In this document: positions 1-16,875 of the stretch, one piece after another
Layout: the number at the start of each line of letters is the position of its first letter
How positions within the stretch are numbered: position 1 is the stretch's first letter
Source of the DNA: Acidobacteriota bacterium
GTDB lineage: Bacteria; Acidobacteriota; Blastocatellia; RBC074
Length of the DNA stretch: 64,000 bases
Direction: 5' to 3'
Assembly: GCA_016715865.1 (NCBI GenBank)
Contig: JADJXM010000001.1
Coordinates: 417,572 to 481,571, forward strand
Program-made: the position numbers and the translations under genes
Notes under the pieces: model-generated
Databases searched by the model: none
What the model was told of the DNA's origin: nothing
The model's input: the letters and a program-made list of their open reading frames with translations, nothing else

Positions 1-2
1 AT

Positions 3-352
<350 letters not shown>

Positions 353-356
<4 letters not shown>

Positions 357-1138
357 GTGACGCAAAACCGCAACTCGGTTTCATCGGCAAAGTCGTTCTC
401 GTCACCGGTGCGGCTGAAGGGATAGGCCGAGAAGTCGTCTATCAGTTCGCCGCCTGCGGCGCTCGGGTTGCCGTCCACTATCATCGCAATCGTAAAGAGG
501 CTGACAGGACAATGGCCGCGATCGGTGGTGAACACACATTGCACCAGGCCGACATCACTGATCCCGATCAGGCCAAAAGGCTGATTGATGAGGTCTATGA
601 AAGCCATCATAGACTGGACATCCTGGTCAATAATGCCGCGATCTTCGAACCTCACCCGATCGCTACGACTGATTATGAAGACTGGCAGGGCGCCTGGAAT
701 CGGACCATAGCCGCGAACCTGCTCGGGCCGGCCAATGTTACCTATTGCGCTGCGCGGAGGATGATCGAACAGGGCGGAGGCCAAGGGGGGAGGATCGTCA
801 ACGTCTCGTCGCGCGGAGCCTTTCGCGGTGAACCGACTTCTCCATCCTACGGCGCAAGCAAGGCCGGCCTCAATGCCATGAGCCAGTCGCTGGCGCAGGC
901 ATTGGCCCCGCATAATATTTTCGTCTATGTCGTCGCTCCGGGGTTCGTCGATACCGAACGCGTCGCCTACAAAGTGCGCGGCCCCGAGGGTGAAGCGATC
1001 AGCGCTCAGAGCCCGCTCAATCGCGTCGCCCGGACCGACGAAGTCGCGCGAACCGTCCTCTTTCTCGCTTCAGAGGGTACAGATTTCCTGACCGGTTGCA
1101 TCGTCGATATCAACGGCGCTTCCTATCTGAGATCCTGA
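353..1138 (+). CDS. short-chain dehydrogenase/reductase (SDR) family oxidoreductase
   Basis: GTG start at 353 overlaps the upstream stop in a GTGA junction. It has the [11 protein letters not shown]ossmann motif, an NNAA motif and the YGASKAG catalytic Tyr-x3-Lys motif. Confidence 0.85.
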
Positions 1139-1144
1139 TGCTGA

Positions 1145-1255
<111 letters not shown>

Positions 1256-2026
1256 AAATCAGGCTCAGGCAAGTCAACCCGGCTTCGGCTTTCTGAAGCT
1301 CGCTGATATCCAGCTCCTCGACCAGAAAACCCCGTGCTTCGATCAGTAGTCTCGATTTCGGATTTCCCGCCGTTAACAAAATTTTATCGCTGATTGAAAT
1401 CGTATTGGCTGCCCAAGGCTCATCGGGCGGTACTCTGATCAGGTCGAAATCGGCAAATCGAGTGAGATCTATCCATTTCGCATTGGCGATAACGGTGTTG
1501 TCGCCGATGTAGGTGCAGCCGGTCTTGAGGTGCAGGCAGCCGTTCATCGCGACCGGGAGAAGTTCATAACCGCAGGGTTTGACGATCCTGCCAAGCTGGT
1601 CGATGCCCTCGGCATTTGTCCGGCTTGACTGGCCGACGTAAATCCGGCGTTCGATGAGCAAGACATCGCCACCATCAAGCGTCCCCGGCTCATGAATTTC
1701 CTGAACCGTTCGAAAATCAGAAAGCACAGGCAGCAGGCTGGCCGTCTCAGCTCTTCGCGACTCTGCGCCGGGCCGCGTTAGAATGGCAACATCGTCAAAC
1801 ACAATGGCGGCATCCTCGATGAAGACGGCATCGGGCAGGCCGGTCAATGCCGGCAAATGGATCAGATCGACGCCGAGTTGCACCAGCTTCTCTCTGTATT
1901 GCTGATGCTGGGCGAGGGCGAGATCCTGATCGACCGGTTCCCTCGAGACATGCGTCAGCTCGCAGTTTTCCAGAGGCTCGCCGATCTCACGTGTGATCGC
2001 TGTCATTCTCGATTTATTACCCATGC

Positions 2027-3373
2027 TTAACGCGGAGACTTGTCTTCTTCCAGAACCATGGTGGTTCCGAACGTCAGTGTGGCTGGTTTGAGCCTGATCG
2101 ACAGTGGAGCGGCCGGTTGATACTGATCGTCGAGCAGAAACATTTTGTTGACCGATTTCAGATCGCACCTCGCGGTCGATGCCTTCTGATTATCCTCTTC
2201 AGTTCTCGGATTCCCAGGCAGACCACAGGCGACGGCAACCTGTTCGATCTCGCCCGCAGCAATGCGTCGTGGAAGGCGAATTGTCGTCCGATAAAATCCG
2301 CTCCGGTCGATCCGGTATGATCCGATGCCCTGATCGGAGTTGTACCACGTCGGATCGTTCTTCAGTTTGACCGAAAAACTGATCGCACTGCCGTTGTTCT
2401 GGACCGACTCGGCGTCAAGATAGAGATAGTTGCGCAGGTCTGCGATCCGTTTACCGAGTGTCCGTTCGTCGGTCAGTTTGCCCTCGCGGAGCATCTCCTC
2501 CGCCATGACCTGATATGTCCACGGATGCCTGTCCATGACCTCTTCGCGCGATGACCGCCTCAGATCAACCGCAATCGGGCTGAGCGTGAACCGGACACCC
2601 GTCACTCCGACATCGGAAAAATTGTTGTTGTCCGAGGCTACGCGCAGCAGCGGATGATCGGCCTCCATGCGTCCGCTGAAGATCGTCGTTTCGTGATTGA
2701 CACCCTGAAAGATCATTGCGGGGACGCCAATCTTCCTGTCCAGCCTGGTTTCGATTACCCATTCGATATCAGTCGTGCGACCCCATCTGGACATAAGCGC
2801 GCTGGTCTGGGTCCCGCCGTCCTCATTGCTGAAGATGACCGTATAACGCAGTGAAATCTTTCCTCCATCATCGATCGTCTCGTAGTACATCAGCAAAGGG
2901 ATGTCACTGAATTTCCCGATCGTGTTGGTCCGGGCATAGAGAAATGGTGTGTTTGCGATCCCCGCAAACCGCGGGTCATTGCGTCCGACCAGCGAGACCA
3001 CGGCATCGTCGATATGAACCGTCTTCGCCCCTGCAGCAGAGAGCTTGCGATTGACCTCGATGCGAAGCCTGTGTTCGCCGGCCGCAACTCTGCCCAGCAG
3101 AACCGAATACGTGAAGCGTTTATGACCCGAGTGCAAAATCAGGTCCTGATGATATCGATCGTCAACGAAGATGGTCACCGTAGCCGCTTCGCTCCCGCTC
3201 TCCCGCCAGGAGGTCCCAGGCGCACGTGCCGTCAGATCCAGCACCGCCTCTGATTCCGAGTCTGAGCGAAAGGTCTTTTCGATTAGTGTCTGCGAGAAGA
3301 CGTTTGTTTTCAGAATGATCAACGCGAGCATGATCAATAAAAAATGATTGATAATCCTTGGAGGTGATTTCAT
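2027..3373 (-). CDS. secreted hypothetical protein with an N-terminal signal peptide
   Basis: Start chosen at [21 protein letters not shown], a hydrophobic signal-like N-terminus. The ORF is long and overlap-free. No motif recognised. Confidence 0.55.
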   Translation of the reverse strand: MKSPPRIINHFLLIMLALIILKTNVFSQTLIEKTFRSDSESEAVLDLTARAPGTSWRESGSEAATVTIFVDDRYHQDLILHSGHKRFTYSVLLGRVAAGEHRLRIEVNRKLSAAGAKTVHIDDAVVSLVGRNDPRFAGIANTPFLYARTNTIGKFSDIPLLMYYETIDDGGKISLRYTVIFSNEDGGTQTSALMSRWGRTTDIEWVIETRLDRKIGVPAMIFQGVNHETTIFSGRMEADHPLLRVASDNNNFSDVGVTGVRFTLSPIAVDLRRSSREEVMDRHPWTYQVMAEEMLREGKLTDERTLGKRIADLRNYLYLDAESVQNNGSAISFSVKLKNDPTWYNSDQGIGSYRIDRSGFYRTTIRLPRRIAAGEIEQVAVACGLPGNPRTEEDNQKASTARCDLKSVNKMFLLDDQYQPAAPLSIRLKPATLTFGTTMVLEEDKSPR

Positions 3374-3400
3374 AAAAATACTTGCTTTCCTGCGGCTAAT

Positions 3401-3490
3401 ATGGAGTACGGCGGCCCGGCGCCGCTTTCCTTTCACTTTCAGTGTTGCAGACTTCCGATACCAAAGCGGCGCCGGGCCGCCGCACTCCAC
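3401..3490. terminator. 28-bp GC-rich near-perfect inverted repeat (hairpin) between two minus-strand genes
   Basis: ATGGAGTACGGCGGCCCGGCGCCGCTTT ... AAAGCGGCGCCGGGCCGCCGCACTCCACAT. It produces two mirror-image spurious ORFs in the ORF track. Confidence 0.5.
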
Positions 3491-3496
3491 ATACGT

Positions 3497-4885
3497 TTAT
3501 TTGTCCGAAACTCTCCGTACAAGAGACATCGTCTTTTCCATAATCTTCTCTTCGATGACAGGCATGAACGGCCCGGGCTGATCGTAATAGATCATCGATT
3601 CGACGACTTCGTATCCGCCTTCGGGGAACATCCGCGCCGAAGGGACATAAGCGAAGACGTCATTCGAATATCCGGCGACCCAGACTCTGCCTTTCACTTC
3701 GCGCTTCAGCCGCAGAGCGTAATCGGTCACGATCTCTCCGGCCAGTCCGATCATCGTGAAATCGGATCCGATCCGTACGACCTGGATCGGATATGGGTAT
3801 TCAGAGATCAGCCGCCCGTCCTTCCCCAACCGATCCAGCATACGCCGCGCGTGGCGCTGGTGAAAGACATTCGGGTGCGAGAGCTGTGCAGTGAACATCT
3901 CCTTTGTCGGCGGCGGAGCGAACGGCAGGCTGACGATGTCGAAGGCCGCGCGAACTCCTCCCTTGACCGGCGACATCTTCGACTGCAATACCGTTCCGAC
4001 CGCAGAGCCAAGCTCTTTGCCGTGTTGCGTCGCCAGTTCGAGTTTGCTGCGCGGATATGGATTAATATCGGCTCCGCATCCCATCAGAAAAAGGGCAGTC
4101 GCGCCAGGATGTGTGCTTTCGATCTCTTGCTGCGCAAAACCGGCGTAATCTCCGCTCCACTGCTGAAACTCACCGGTCAACGTGGTGTTATGGCAGGCAT
4201 AGCCGAAAAGGACGCCTCTTATCCTGCCGGCCTCAGATTCGATCTTCAGGACAGGGACGCTGCGATCGACTACGCCACCCGGGTTCGGGCTGTTGATCAC
4301 TCCGTCGGGTGTGATCTTGCGGCGATTCATCGCAAAAGACGCTTCTCCAACGCCGTATGAGATACGCGCCGGCGCCAGATCGCCGAGCGCGCTTCCGATC
4401 AGGGCTACGATCTGGTCTTCAAGTTTTCCGGTGTAGGCATCGATCGCTTCGATCTGATCTTTCTCCAGTGCATAGGCTCCGGCAAGCGAATCGCGCAAAA
4501 CCGGCCCTGAATGCGTGTGCGATGAATTGAGCAATATCGATTCGCGGCCGAGCCCGTATTTTTTGCCCGCCTCAGCGGCGATCCGGTCAGCCGTCTTGCG
4601 CGGGAAACCGAGCAGATCACTGGTGACGATGACCAGACGATGACCCGCAGAGTCTTCGATCGCCAGCGCTTTGGCATAAAGATCCTGAAGCTTGCCCTCG
4701 GCGGGTTTCGTGCGTGCGGCATAACCGGCCATCCAGAGCGGCTGTTGCGGCGTGATGACGACCTTCGCCAATCCCGCCCTGAGCTCTCCCGGTTTTAAAT
4801 TCTTTCCCTGCGTATGTGCATCCATCTTTAATGGCTGGAAAATAATCGAAAACGAAAGAAGGATTAAAAGTAGCGATAACTTCAT
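3497..4885 (-). CDS. neutral/alkaline ceramidase-like hydrolase, secreted
   Basis: Signal peptide [16 protein letters not shown] is followed by the [18 protein letters not shown] motif typical of the neutral-ceramidase N-terminal domain. GGAG lies 9 nt upstream of ATG 4885. The longer ORF up to 5017 reads through the palindromic repeat and is rejected. Confidence 0.65.
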   Translation of the reverse strand: MKLSLLLILLSFSIIFQPLKMDAHTQGKNLKPGELRAGLAKVVITPQQPLWMAGYAARTKPAEGKLQDLYAKALAIEDSAGHRLVIVTSDLLGFPRKTADRIAAEAGKKYGLGRESILLNSSHTHSGPVLRDSLAGAYALEKDQIEAIDAYTGKLEDQIVALIGSALGDLAPARISYGVGEASFAMNRRKITPDGVINSPNPGGVVDRSVPVLKIESEAGRIRGVLFGYACHNTTLTGEFQQWSGDYAGFAQQEIESTHPGATALFLMGCGADINPYPRSKLELATQHGKELGSAVGTVLQSKMSPVKGGVRAAFDIVSLPFAPPPTKEMFTAQLSHPNVFHQRHARRMLDRLGKDGRLISEYPYPIQVVRIGSDFTMIGLAGEIVTDYALRLKREVKGRVWVAGYSNDVFAYVPSARMFPEGGYEVVESMIYYDQPGPFMPVIEEKIMEKTMSLVRRVSDK

Positions 4886-4911
4886 TATTCTTTTCTCCAG
4901 TATGGGAGCGC

Positions 4912-5012
4912 ATATCCGGGAGCGCAGGCATCCTTGCCTGCATGCTTTGATCAATAGTCTTGTGGATTTCATTCGGTTTTCGGCATGAGTCCATGCAGGC
5001 AAGGATGCCTGC
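4912..5012. repeat. REP/MITE-like palindromic element, copy 2, interrupted at its right arm by the IS (remainder at 6419-6432)
   Basis: GGGAGCGCAGGCATCCTTGCCTGCATG ... CATGCAGGCAAGGATGCCTGCGC, then the IS. The element resumes as CTGCGCTCCCAGG immediately after the right end of the IS. Confidence 0.6.
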
Positions 5013-6418
5013 GCCATTAGTTTCTACACAAGTTTGATCTTTGAAAAACCTTTGATAAACATGTCTGTATGTCATTAAAGTTCCTGACATTGAGACGCGG
5101 TTGCAAGAAAGGTATCGTAAATTAGTGCAACAACATCTGAGTATAGCCAAGGGTGTTGCCGCCGGATTACGACATTTTTCTGCAACATCCAGACCAATGG
5201 CGGCGGCACAAGCAGCCTGGCGATTCTACAAGAATGAAAGAGTCAGTCTGGTCGAACTGGCCAAGCCAATCCTGGAGCAGGCTAAAGTTGCCGCCACAGC
5301 ATGTCGTGAATGGGCGCTGGTGATCCATGACTGGTCGCCGCTGCACTACACGAATCATGAAAGCAAGAAAGATCGAATAGTTCTCTACAACAAGAACGAT
5401 TTCGGCTATCTCTTGCAAGCCGCCCTGCTGATCTCAGATCGTGACGGAGCGCCGTTGTGTCCGGTGTATCTGGGAGTCGAGGCGGCCGACGGCGTCCACA
5501 GCACGCGGCGTGAAGGTCTCTTGCCGCGTCGCCCGGAGATAGATGAGATCAACCGGACGATGGGCTATATCGAGCAGCAGGAACCGGCCATAAGATCGTC
5601 CATATCATCGACCGTCAAGGCGACAGCTTACTGCACTTGCGCCGATTTGAACGCTGCGGAAGAACTTACCTGATTCGCGGCAACGATGTGCGAAGAGTCG
5701 AGCACGAAGGGCAAAGCCGACTCTTGAGCGAGGTCGAAGCGATGATGGAAGATCAATTCCGCTTCAGCCGTGAGATCCAGTACAAAGGCCGCAAGGCTTT
5801 TCAATACGTATCCGAGACGACAGTTACGCTCTCCGGTCCGGCACGAAAACAACGCCGACGCGGAGGCAAGCTCAAATATCAAACGATCCAAGGGCGTCCA
5901 ATTATTCTCCGGCTCGTACTGGCTCAAGTCCGTGATCAGAATGGAGCCGTGCTCGCGACCTGGCGACTGTGGACCAATCTTCCTGCTTCGGTAACCACAG
6001 AGACGGTATCTCTCTGGTACTACTGGCGCTGGAGAGTTGAATCCTATTTCAAGTTACTGAAACGTGCAGGTCAGCATGTCGAGCAATGGCAGCAAGAGAA
6101 TGCGGATGCCATTGCCAAACGGTTGATGATTGCCGCACAGGCCTGCGTTATCGTCTGGGCACTCGATCAGTCGACTGATACGCAGGTCGCGCCTTTGCGG
6201 CAAATGCTGGTCCGTTTGAGCGGACGATTGATGAAACACGGCGTCGATTGGACAGCACCAGCCTTGCTCGCGGGAATGTGGAACCTGATGGCAATCATCA
6301 GCGCTCTCGAACAATATTCCCTCGACGAGCTTGAACAGATGTCACAGCTTCTCTTTCAGATGCTAGATCTGGAAGATGAGTTCAAAGGTTTCAAAGAACA
6401 TGTGTAGAAACTAATGGC
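5013..6418 (+). mobile_element. IS4-family insertion sequence (~1.4 kb) with 18-bp perfect terminal inverted repeats GCCATTAGTTTCTACACA / TGTGTAGAAACTAATGGC
   Basis: The TIRs at 5013-5030 and 6401-6418 are exact reverse complements. A short flanking duplication containing CTGCG is present. The internal transposase carries the YREK signature YYWRWRVESYFKLLK. Confidence 0.75.
5101..6407 (+). pseudogene. IS4-family DDE transposase split into two overlapping ORFs (5101-5673 and 5637-6407, a -1 frame relation)
   Basis: The ORFs are consecutive and overlap by 37 nt, with the second in the -1 frame. The C-terminal ORF has the YREK motif. IS4 transposases are normally a single ORF, so this is either a frameshift or a sequencing error. 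Confidence 0.65.
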
Positions 6419-6434
6419 CTGCGCTCCCAGGGGA

Positions 6435-7289
6435 TTACGGCCATTCGGTCTTCGGACGAAAATTGTAAGTCAGAAAGTACTGATTGATTGTTGCGTTGTT
6501 CCATTTCGAGACCTTGATCATTTTCGTTCGTTCAAGCGTTTTAACCGGATCGATCAACTTTGAAAAATTCGTGAAGTCCTTCCACGAGCCGGTGAACTTG
6601 CCTGGCCAGCCAAGACGTGCAGCCAGCGGATGATCGATCAGCCGGCGACCCTCTTCGGACAGCTTGCGATAAGTTCCTTCCTGATAATCCTTGAGCGCAA
6701 TCGCCTGATCTGTCGGATAGTATTTCTTCTCGACATCGCCCGATCCGGCGACGATCCTCATCTCTTCCCATCCGTGAGGCAGAGACCCGTGCTTGCCCCA
6801 CTGGACGTTGATGCGCGGCCGCATCCCGTTGCGGCGGGCATCGGACAGCGCTTCGGCGCCTCCTTCGAGTATCCGCCCGTGGAAATAGGTCCAGATCTTC
6901 TCGATCGTTTTTCGATCGTTTGAATACCGCACCCAGATCAGTTCGTGATCGCAGGGATCGTTGTCTTCGGGAAAGTCGATATCGTCCTCCCAGAAGAAAT
7001 GATAAGCGATGAGCGGCTCAGTCGGGTGAATCAGGACGGCGAAATCCTTGAGCGGAAAGAACTCAGTCGGCGTGACGAACAATCGCGGAGCGAATTTGAC
7101 GGCGAGATCCTTCTCATCGGCAGTCGGCACGCGTGGAGGGTCCATTTCGATCACGCGCCTGTATTCGCGGCTAGCATCATCCAGGCAGCGTTTCAAATGA
7201 TGCGCAATCGCTCGCTCGTTGATTTCACCTGCATTCTGGGCAGCCAGAACGGGAATGATCATCAGAATCAGCCGAAAAAATGTCATCAT
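6435..7289 (-). CDS. secreted hypothetical protein
   Basis: Signal peptide [20 protein letters not shown]. It overlaps the GH4 gene by 4 nt in an ATGA junction, so it is the last gene of the MIOX-GH4 operon. Confidence 0.55.
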   Translation of the reverse strand: MMTFFRLILMIIPVLAAQNAGEINERAIAHHLKRCLDDASREYRRVIEMDPPRVPTADEKDLAVKFAPRLFVTPTEFFPLKDFAVLIHPTEPLIAYHFFWEDDIDFPEDNDPCDHELIWVRYSNDRKTIEKIWTYFHGRILEGGAEALSDARRNGMRPRINVQWGKHGSLPHGWEEMRIVAGSGDVEKKYYPTDQAIALKDYQEGTYRKLSEEGRRLIDHPLAARLGWPGKFTGSWKDFTNFSKLIDPVKTLERTKMIKVSKWNNATINQYFLTYNFRPKTEWP

Positions 7290-8662
7290 TTCAAATCCCC
7301 AAGGTGGTCGACGTCGGATCGCACCAGCACCCGGACCAGTTCATCCGCTTTGCTCCATTGCCCTACGATCGGGTAGGCCAAAAGCGCTAGTTTCGCCAGA
7401 TCGGCCGATCGCTCGATCGCTGCGCGGATCGTCAGGTTCTCATACTCCTTTACGGATTGAACGAGACCTTTCACAGCGCCTGGCAGAGCTCCGACAGCCA
7501 GCGGCAGAGCCCCGTTTCGATCGACCAGACAGGGAACCTCGACTACGTCATCATTTTTAAGGTCACTGATCGCTCCACGATTGCTGACGTTGACTACGAT
7601 GCGTGAAGGCGAGTCCGCTGCCAGCGCCGTCATCACGTCGAGCGCGATCCGGTGATAACCCGTTGCGGCATCGAACGGGTCTGCTTCCTGTTCAAGCCCA
7701 TCAGCCAGAGCTGAACCTGCCTCTGCTTCGAGTTTCATGTACGATCCCGAACGGCGGCGCAGGTAGTCACGATAAACCTCGAGTGCCTGATCCATCCGAC
7801 CGGAATGCATCTCAGTCAGCAATCGATCGAAGAGCGTTGAATTCAGGCGGACGATCTCTTCGCCGCGGCTGGCGCCCGCCTTGAGCTGATTAGAAAGCGC
7901 CCGACTCTGCTCGTAATAGAAATAGAGATACTCACTCGGGATCATCCCGAGCGCGCGGATCATTGCCGGATCGAACAGGTCAGCATGATACAGGCTGCGC
8001 AGCGCTGCATCGTTGTTAATGATGCTTGAAGTGACATCTTCTCCACGCAGCAGGATGCGTCTGACCCAGCCCAGGTGATTGAGGCCGAAATAATCGCATT
8101 GAACCTCACATGCCGGAGCCTTGAGCACCAGCGCGATGCGATGGAACATCTCGCTCGGCGTGTCACAGATTCCGATCAGCCTCAGATTTGTATGAGCGGC
8201 CAGCGCCTGCGTGATCAGCCCCGCCGGGTTGGTGAAGCTGACGAACCATGAGGCCGGTGCGTATTTTTCAACCGTCCGGGCATGTTCCAGCGCGACGGGT
8301 ATCGTCCGCATCGCTTTCGCAAATCCGACTATGCCGGTCGTCTCCTGCCCGGCGATGCCGTGATCGATCGCCAGCCGTTCATCCCGCGCGCGTATGTCCA
8401 TGCCTCCAACGCGGATGCTGCTGATGACGAAATCGGCGCCCTCGACGGCCTCCTCGATACGCTCCGGCGTCGTCACCCAGACCTCTCCGCGCAACTGGCG
8501 GGCGACCTCCTTTGAAAGTTCACCCGTCAGTCTGACACGATCACGGTCCGGGTCGTACAGCGATATCTCTTCAACCCCGATAACTTCCCGCGACTGTATC
8601 AGACCATGCGCAACCAGAGGTGTCCGTATCCCGCCTCCGCCGATGATGGCTACTTTCTTCAT
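7286..8662 (-). CDS. glycoside hydrolase family 4 (NAD+/Mn2+-dependent glycosidase)
   Basis: N-terminal NAD-binding motif [11 protein letters not shown], plus the GICDTP and GLNHLGW motifs typical of GH4. ATG at 8662 lies 3 nt after the MIOX stop. Confidence 0.8.
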   Translation of the reverse strand: MKKVAIIGGGGIRTPLVAHGLIQSREVIGVEEISLYDPDRDRVRLTGELSKEVARQLRGEVWVTTPERIEEAVEGADFVISSIRVGGMDIRARDERLAIDHGIAGQETTGIVGFAKAMRTIPVALEHARTVEKYAPASWFVSFTNPAGLITQALAAHTNLRLIGICDTPSEMFHRIALVLKAPACEVQCDYFGLNHLGWVRRILLRGEDVTSSIINNDAALRSLYHADLFDPAMIRALGMIPSEYLYFYYEQSRALSNQLKAGASRGEEIVRLNSTLFDRLLTEMHSGRMDQALEVYRDYLRRRSGSYMKLEAEAGSALADGLEQEADPFDAATGYHRIALDVMTALAADSPSRIVVNVSNRGAISDLKNDDVVEVPCLVDRNGALPLAVGALPGAVKGLVQSVKEYENLTIRAAIERSADLAKLALLAYPIVGQWSKADELVRVLVRSDVDHLGDLK

Positions 8663-8665
8663 CCG

Positions 8666-9502
8666 TTACCACCGGAGCTTTTCAGGGAAGAATTCCGAAA
8701 CCAGCTCCTCGTAATACGGCTTGAGTTCGTTGATGTCAGGTCTCACTTCGCTCTTCGAGTAGAGGTCATACGGATTGAAGGCTCGAACCCATTTCAAAAC
8801 TTCGGCATCTCCATCATTGAGCAGATGCGTGTAGGCGCCTTCCCTGTGAATCGGATAGCACGAATGATAGCGGATCATCCATTGAGCCTCTTTCGGCAGG
8901 TAGTCCCGCGTGACCAGATACAGATATTCATCATGGCCCCACGAAATGTGTAGATTGTCGATGCCGCAATGTTCTTCATAAATCCCGTTCGGAGTGCTGT
9001 AGACGGGATGATCGTAATCCGGGTTGGCCTTGAACAGTTCGGGGTAGACGATCTTGTCTGAAAAAGCGCAGCCGACGGGGAAGGTGTCTCCGACGACGGC
9101 CCACTGCGGCTCGTCGTACATGCAGAGCACCTTGCCCAGATCGTGAATGAAACCGGCCAACTGAAACCAGCGCGGATGCCCGTCCAGCCGTATCGCCTCG
9201 GCTGTCTGCAATGCGTGGTCTATCTGCGGCAGATCGATGTCCGGATCGCTGTCGTCGACCAGACTGGTCAGATACTCCATCGCCTCCCAGATGCTCATCT
9301 CGGCTTTGTCCAGCCGGCCGTATTCAGCCTTTTTCGAAAGGACGAAGTCGAGCGTCTGGTTGGCGTGGTTGAGCCTGTACAGTTCCTGAACGCAGGCGCG
9401 GGCTTCGGCCGCGTAGTTTCGATACTTATCTGCCTGCTCGATATTTTCTAAAAAAGGTGATGATGTTTCAGGTAGATTTTGTGGGTGTAAGACTTCTGAC
9501 AT
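8666..9502 (-). CDS. miox: myo-inositol oxygenase
   Basis: Contains the [17 protein letters not shown] and [19 protein letters not shown] motifs. AAAGGAG sits 8 nt upstream of ATG 9502. Confidence 0.85.
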   Translation of the reverse strand: MSEVLHPQNLPETSSPFLENIEQADKYRNYAAEARACVQELYRLNHANQTLDFVLSKKAEYGRLDKAEMSIWEAMEYLTSLVDDSDPDIDLPQIDHALQTAEAIRLDGHPRWFQLAGFIHDLGKVLCMYDEPQWAVVGDTFPVGCAFSDKIVYPELFKANPDYDHPVYSTPNGIYEEHCGIDNLHISWGHDEYLYLVTRDYLPKEAQWMIRYHSCYPIHREGAYTHLLNDGDAEVLKWVRAFNPYDLYSKSEVRPDINELKPYYEELVSEFFPEKLRW

Positions 9503-9565
9503 GAACCTGACTCCTTTGAGGGCGGACACGTTGATGGAACGATAAAGTATTGCGCTGGGTGAATA

Positions 9566-10659
9566 ATATAGGACTTACGCAAAACGACATTAATGTCGCC
9601 AGTTCATTGAAAAAGGGTTAGAGTCTTGGGTATGAAACCCCCTGTGACTCGATTGGAATATTGCCAATATTTGCTGGTCAGTCAGATCAACTACACACTG
9701 ACGAACTTTGCCGATCATAGTGAAAAATTCTCGCACGATGAGATAAATCGCTATCTTCGCGGAGAGAAAATCACGCCATGTCTGGTCTGGGAAAACGTAG
9801 AGAGCCAGATCGAACGGACGCCAGACGGGTATTTGATCTTTGACGATACAGTTCTTGATAAGAACTATTCTTTCTCGATCGAACTCGTGCGGAGCCAGTA
9901 TAGCGGCAACGCTCACAGCGTGATCAAAGGGATCGGCGTAGTCACCTGTATTTACGTCAATCCGGACCTCGATCGATTCTGGCTCATCGACTATCGCATT
10001 TACGATCCAGACGGAGATGGCAAAAGCAAACTTGATCATGTGCAGGAGATGCTGACCAACATCATCCACCAAAAGCAGCTGCCATTTCACGCCGTTTTGA
10101 TGGATAGTTGGTATGCCACCAAGGATCTCATATGTTCATCGAATCGGTTCCAGAAGTTCTACTATTGCCCGCTCAAAGACAATCGTCAGGTCGACGATTC
10201 AGGAGGCGAGCGTTCCTATCAGCGAATCGATTCATTGAACTGGAGCGAAGACGAACTTCGCCACGGCAAGCGGATCAAAATCAAGGGTTTTCCCAAAGAC
10301 CACAAAGTGCAGTGTTTCCGGGTCAGAGACGTCTACCCGTCGCACGGATTGGATCGTCACCAACGATCCGGCTGCCGATTCCACTCCAGGCTACACAAAA
10401 GTGTGCGGCTTCCGTTGGAAGATCGAGCAACTGCACCGCGAAGGTAAACAACTCACAGGCCTGGAACGATGCCAGTGCCGCAAGGCCCGAATTCAGCGCA
10501 ATCACATCGGCTGCGCTTTGTTGGTCTGGGTCAGACTCAAAGAACTAGCGCTTCAAACCGGTCGCACGGTTTACCAAATCAAACACGGGTTGCTGGATGA
10601 TTACCTCATTCAGCAGCTCAAAAATCCATCGATCAAGATGGTTAATGCGTAAGTCTATA
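9566..10659 (+). mobile_element. degenerate IS element (IS4 superfamily, IS701-like) with imperfect 13-14-bp TIRs TATAGGACTTACGC / GCGTAAGTCTATA
   Basis: The TIRs flank a transposase that is split by a frameshift near 10330. Confidence 0.55.
9626..10652 (+). pseudogene. DDE transposase, frameshifted (ORFs 9626-10447 and 10401-10652)
   Basis: Contains HAVLMDSWYA. A frame switch of +1 reveals DWIVTND and the YREK-type motif FRWKIEQLHREGKQ. Confidence 0.6.
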
Positions 10660-11020
10660 ATAGAAAATTTTCCTCAAAGGTGAAAGACAGCTTTGTCTAA
10701 ACCGGAAGTAATTAAGAATAGTTATCTCATAATCGGAGGGATAACGATGGAGTGCTGCATGCCACTCACGTAAATTATTAAAATTCTTGACTTGCCCCCC
10801 CCCCCTTTCGAGTAGGCTTATCAACAAGCCCCAAAAAATATTGAAAGAACAATAAAACAGCCTGACTCAGCTCTTTCGTCAATTACATTGCTCGATCCGC
10901 TAATGCCATCCGATTGAAGGTTACGGGCATGGTGTGCCCGAAAGCAGGATCGTAACCCAGATCGCTCATGACCTTGTGAAGCGTCCAACCGGAGGTCTGT
11001 CTCCAGCGGAAGCCATAGCC

Positions 11021-11440
11021 ATGAAAATCAGACTGCGTCGTCTTTTCATTCTCACAACAATCATTATCCTCGCCGGTTTTGCATCACTATATCTGATTCA
11101 CGCGACTGAACACGGTCTCACTGATGCATTCAGAATTGACAGTTCGCAGGCGGATCAGCTCAATGCAATCCGTTTCGTGATCACGCCACGAGGTTTGGAG
11201 CCTGCCGATATGTCAATAACGCCCGGCCGATACTGGGTAGCCATCGACAACAATCTCGATTTTAAAGAGAACAGTCTCAATATCGACAGGATCGGCGGTC
11301 CCCGTATCAAGAGCGGCAAGACTTTTCAGGGCCAGCGTAAATTCAGAGGATTCGTCGATTTCAGCCCCGGCGAATACCTGGTCTTTGAAAGCAGCCGTCC
11401 CGGTCTTCAGAGCAAAATTACAGTCAGCGCGCAAAAATAG
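11021..11440 (+). CDS. hypothetical membrane-anchored protein
   Basis: ATG at 11021 is followed by a hydrophobic stretch RRLFILTTIIILAGFASLYL. No motif recognised. Confidence 0.35.
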   Translation: MKIRLRRLFILTTIIILAGFASLYLIHATEHGLTDAFRIDSSQADQLNAIRFVITPRGLEPADMSITPGRYWVAIDNNLDFKENSLNIDRIGGPRIKSGKTFQGQRKFRGFVDFSPGEYLVFESSRPGLQSKITVSAQK

Positions 11441-11487
11441 CATCGACAGGGCGACTCCCATAAGTTTTACCGGAAAGGAGCGGATCC

Positions 11488-16698
<5,211 letters not shown>

Positions 16699-16875
16699 AT
16701 CCCATTAGGCGGGAGCTAGGGCTTGCAGAGAGATCTTACTACACAGCTCAAAGAGTTTCGGCTCCTTTCAATACCGCATTCAATAATGATGGCCGAGAGC
16801 TCAAGTTCAGGCTGAGCGGCAAGGATAAGATCTTGCGCTGGCGCAATGATCTTGTGGGAGGAAGGTTGCAGTAAA

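Noticed and set aside
3401-4360. 319-aa plus-strand [14 protein letters not shown]...
   Set aside because: It lies antisense to the ceramidase-like gene, is Arg-rich and low-complexity, and its N-terminus merely mirrors the palindrome at 3401-3490.
4886-5017. N-terminal extension of the ceramidase-like ORF ([11 protein letters not shown]...)
   Set aside because: It is read from the palindromic repeat. The internal ATG at 4885 has an SD and starts a canonical signal peptide.
10731-10772. Tiny ORF MECCMPLT with GGAGGG RBS upstream of the poly-C tract
   Set aside because: At 8 codons it is too short to support as a gene. It is noted only as a curiosity near the C10 tract.
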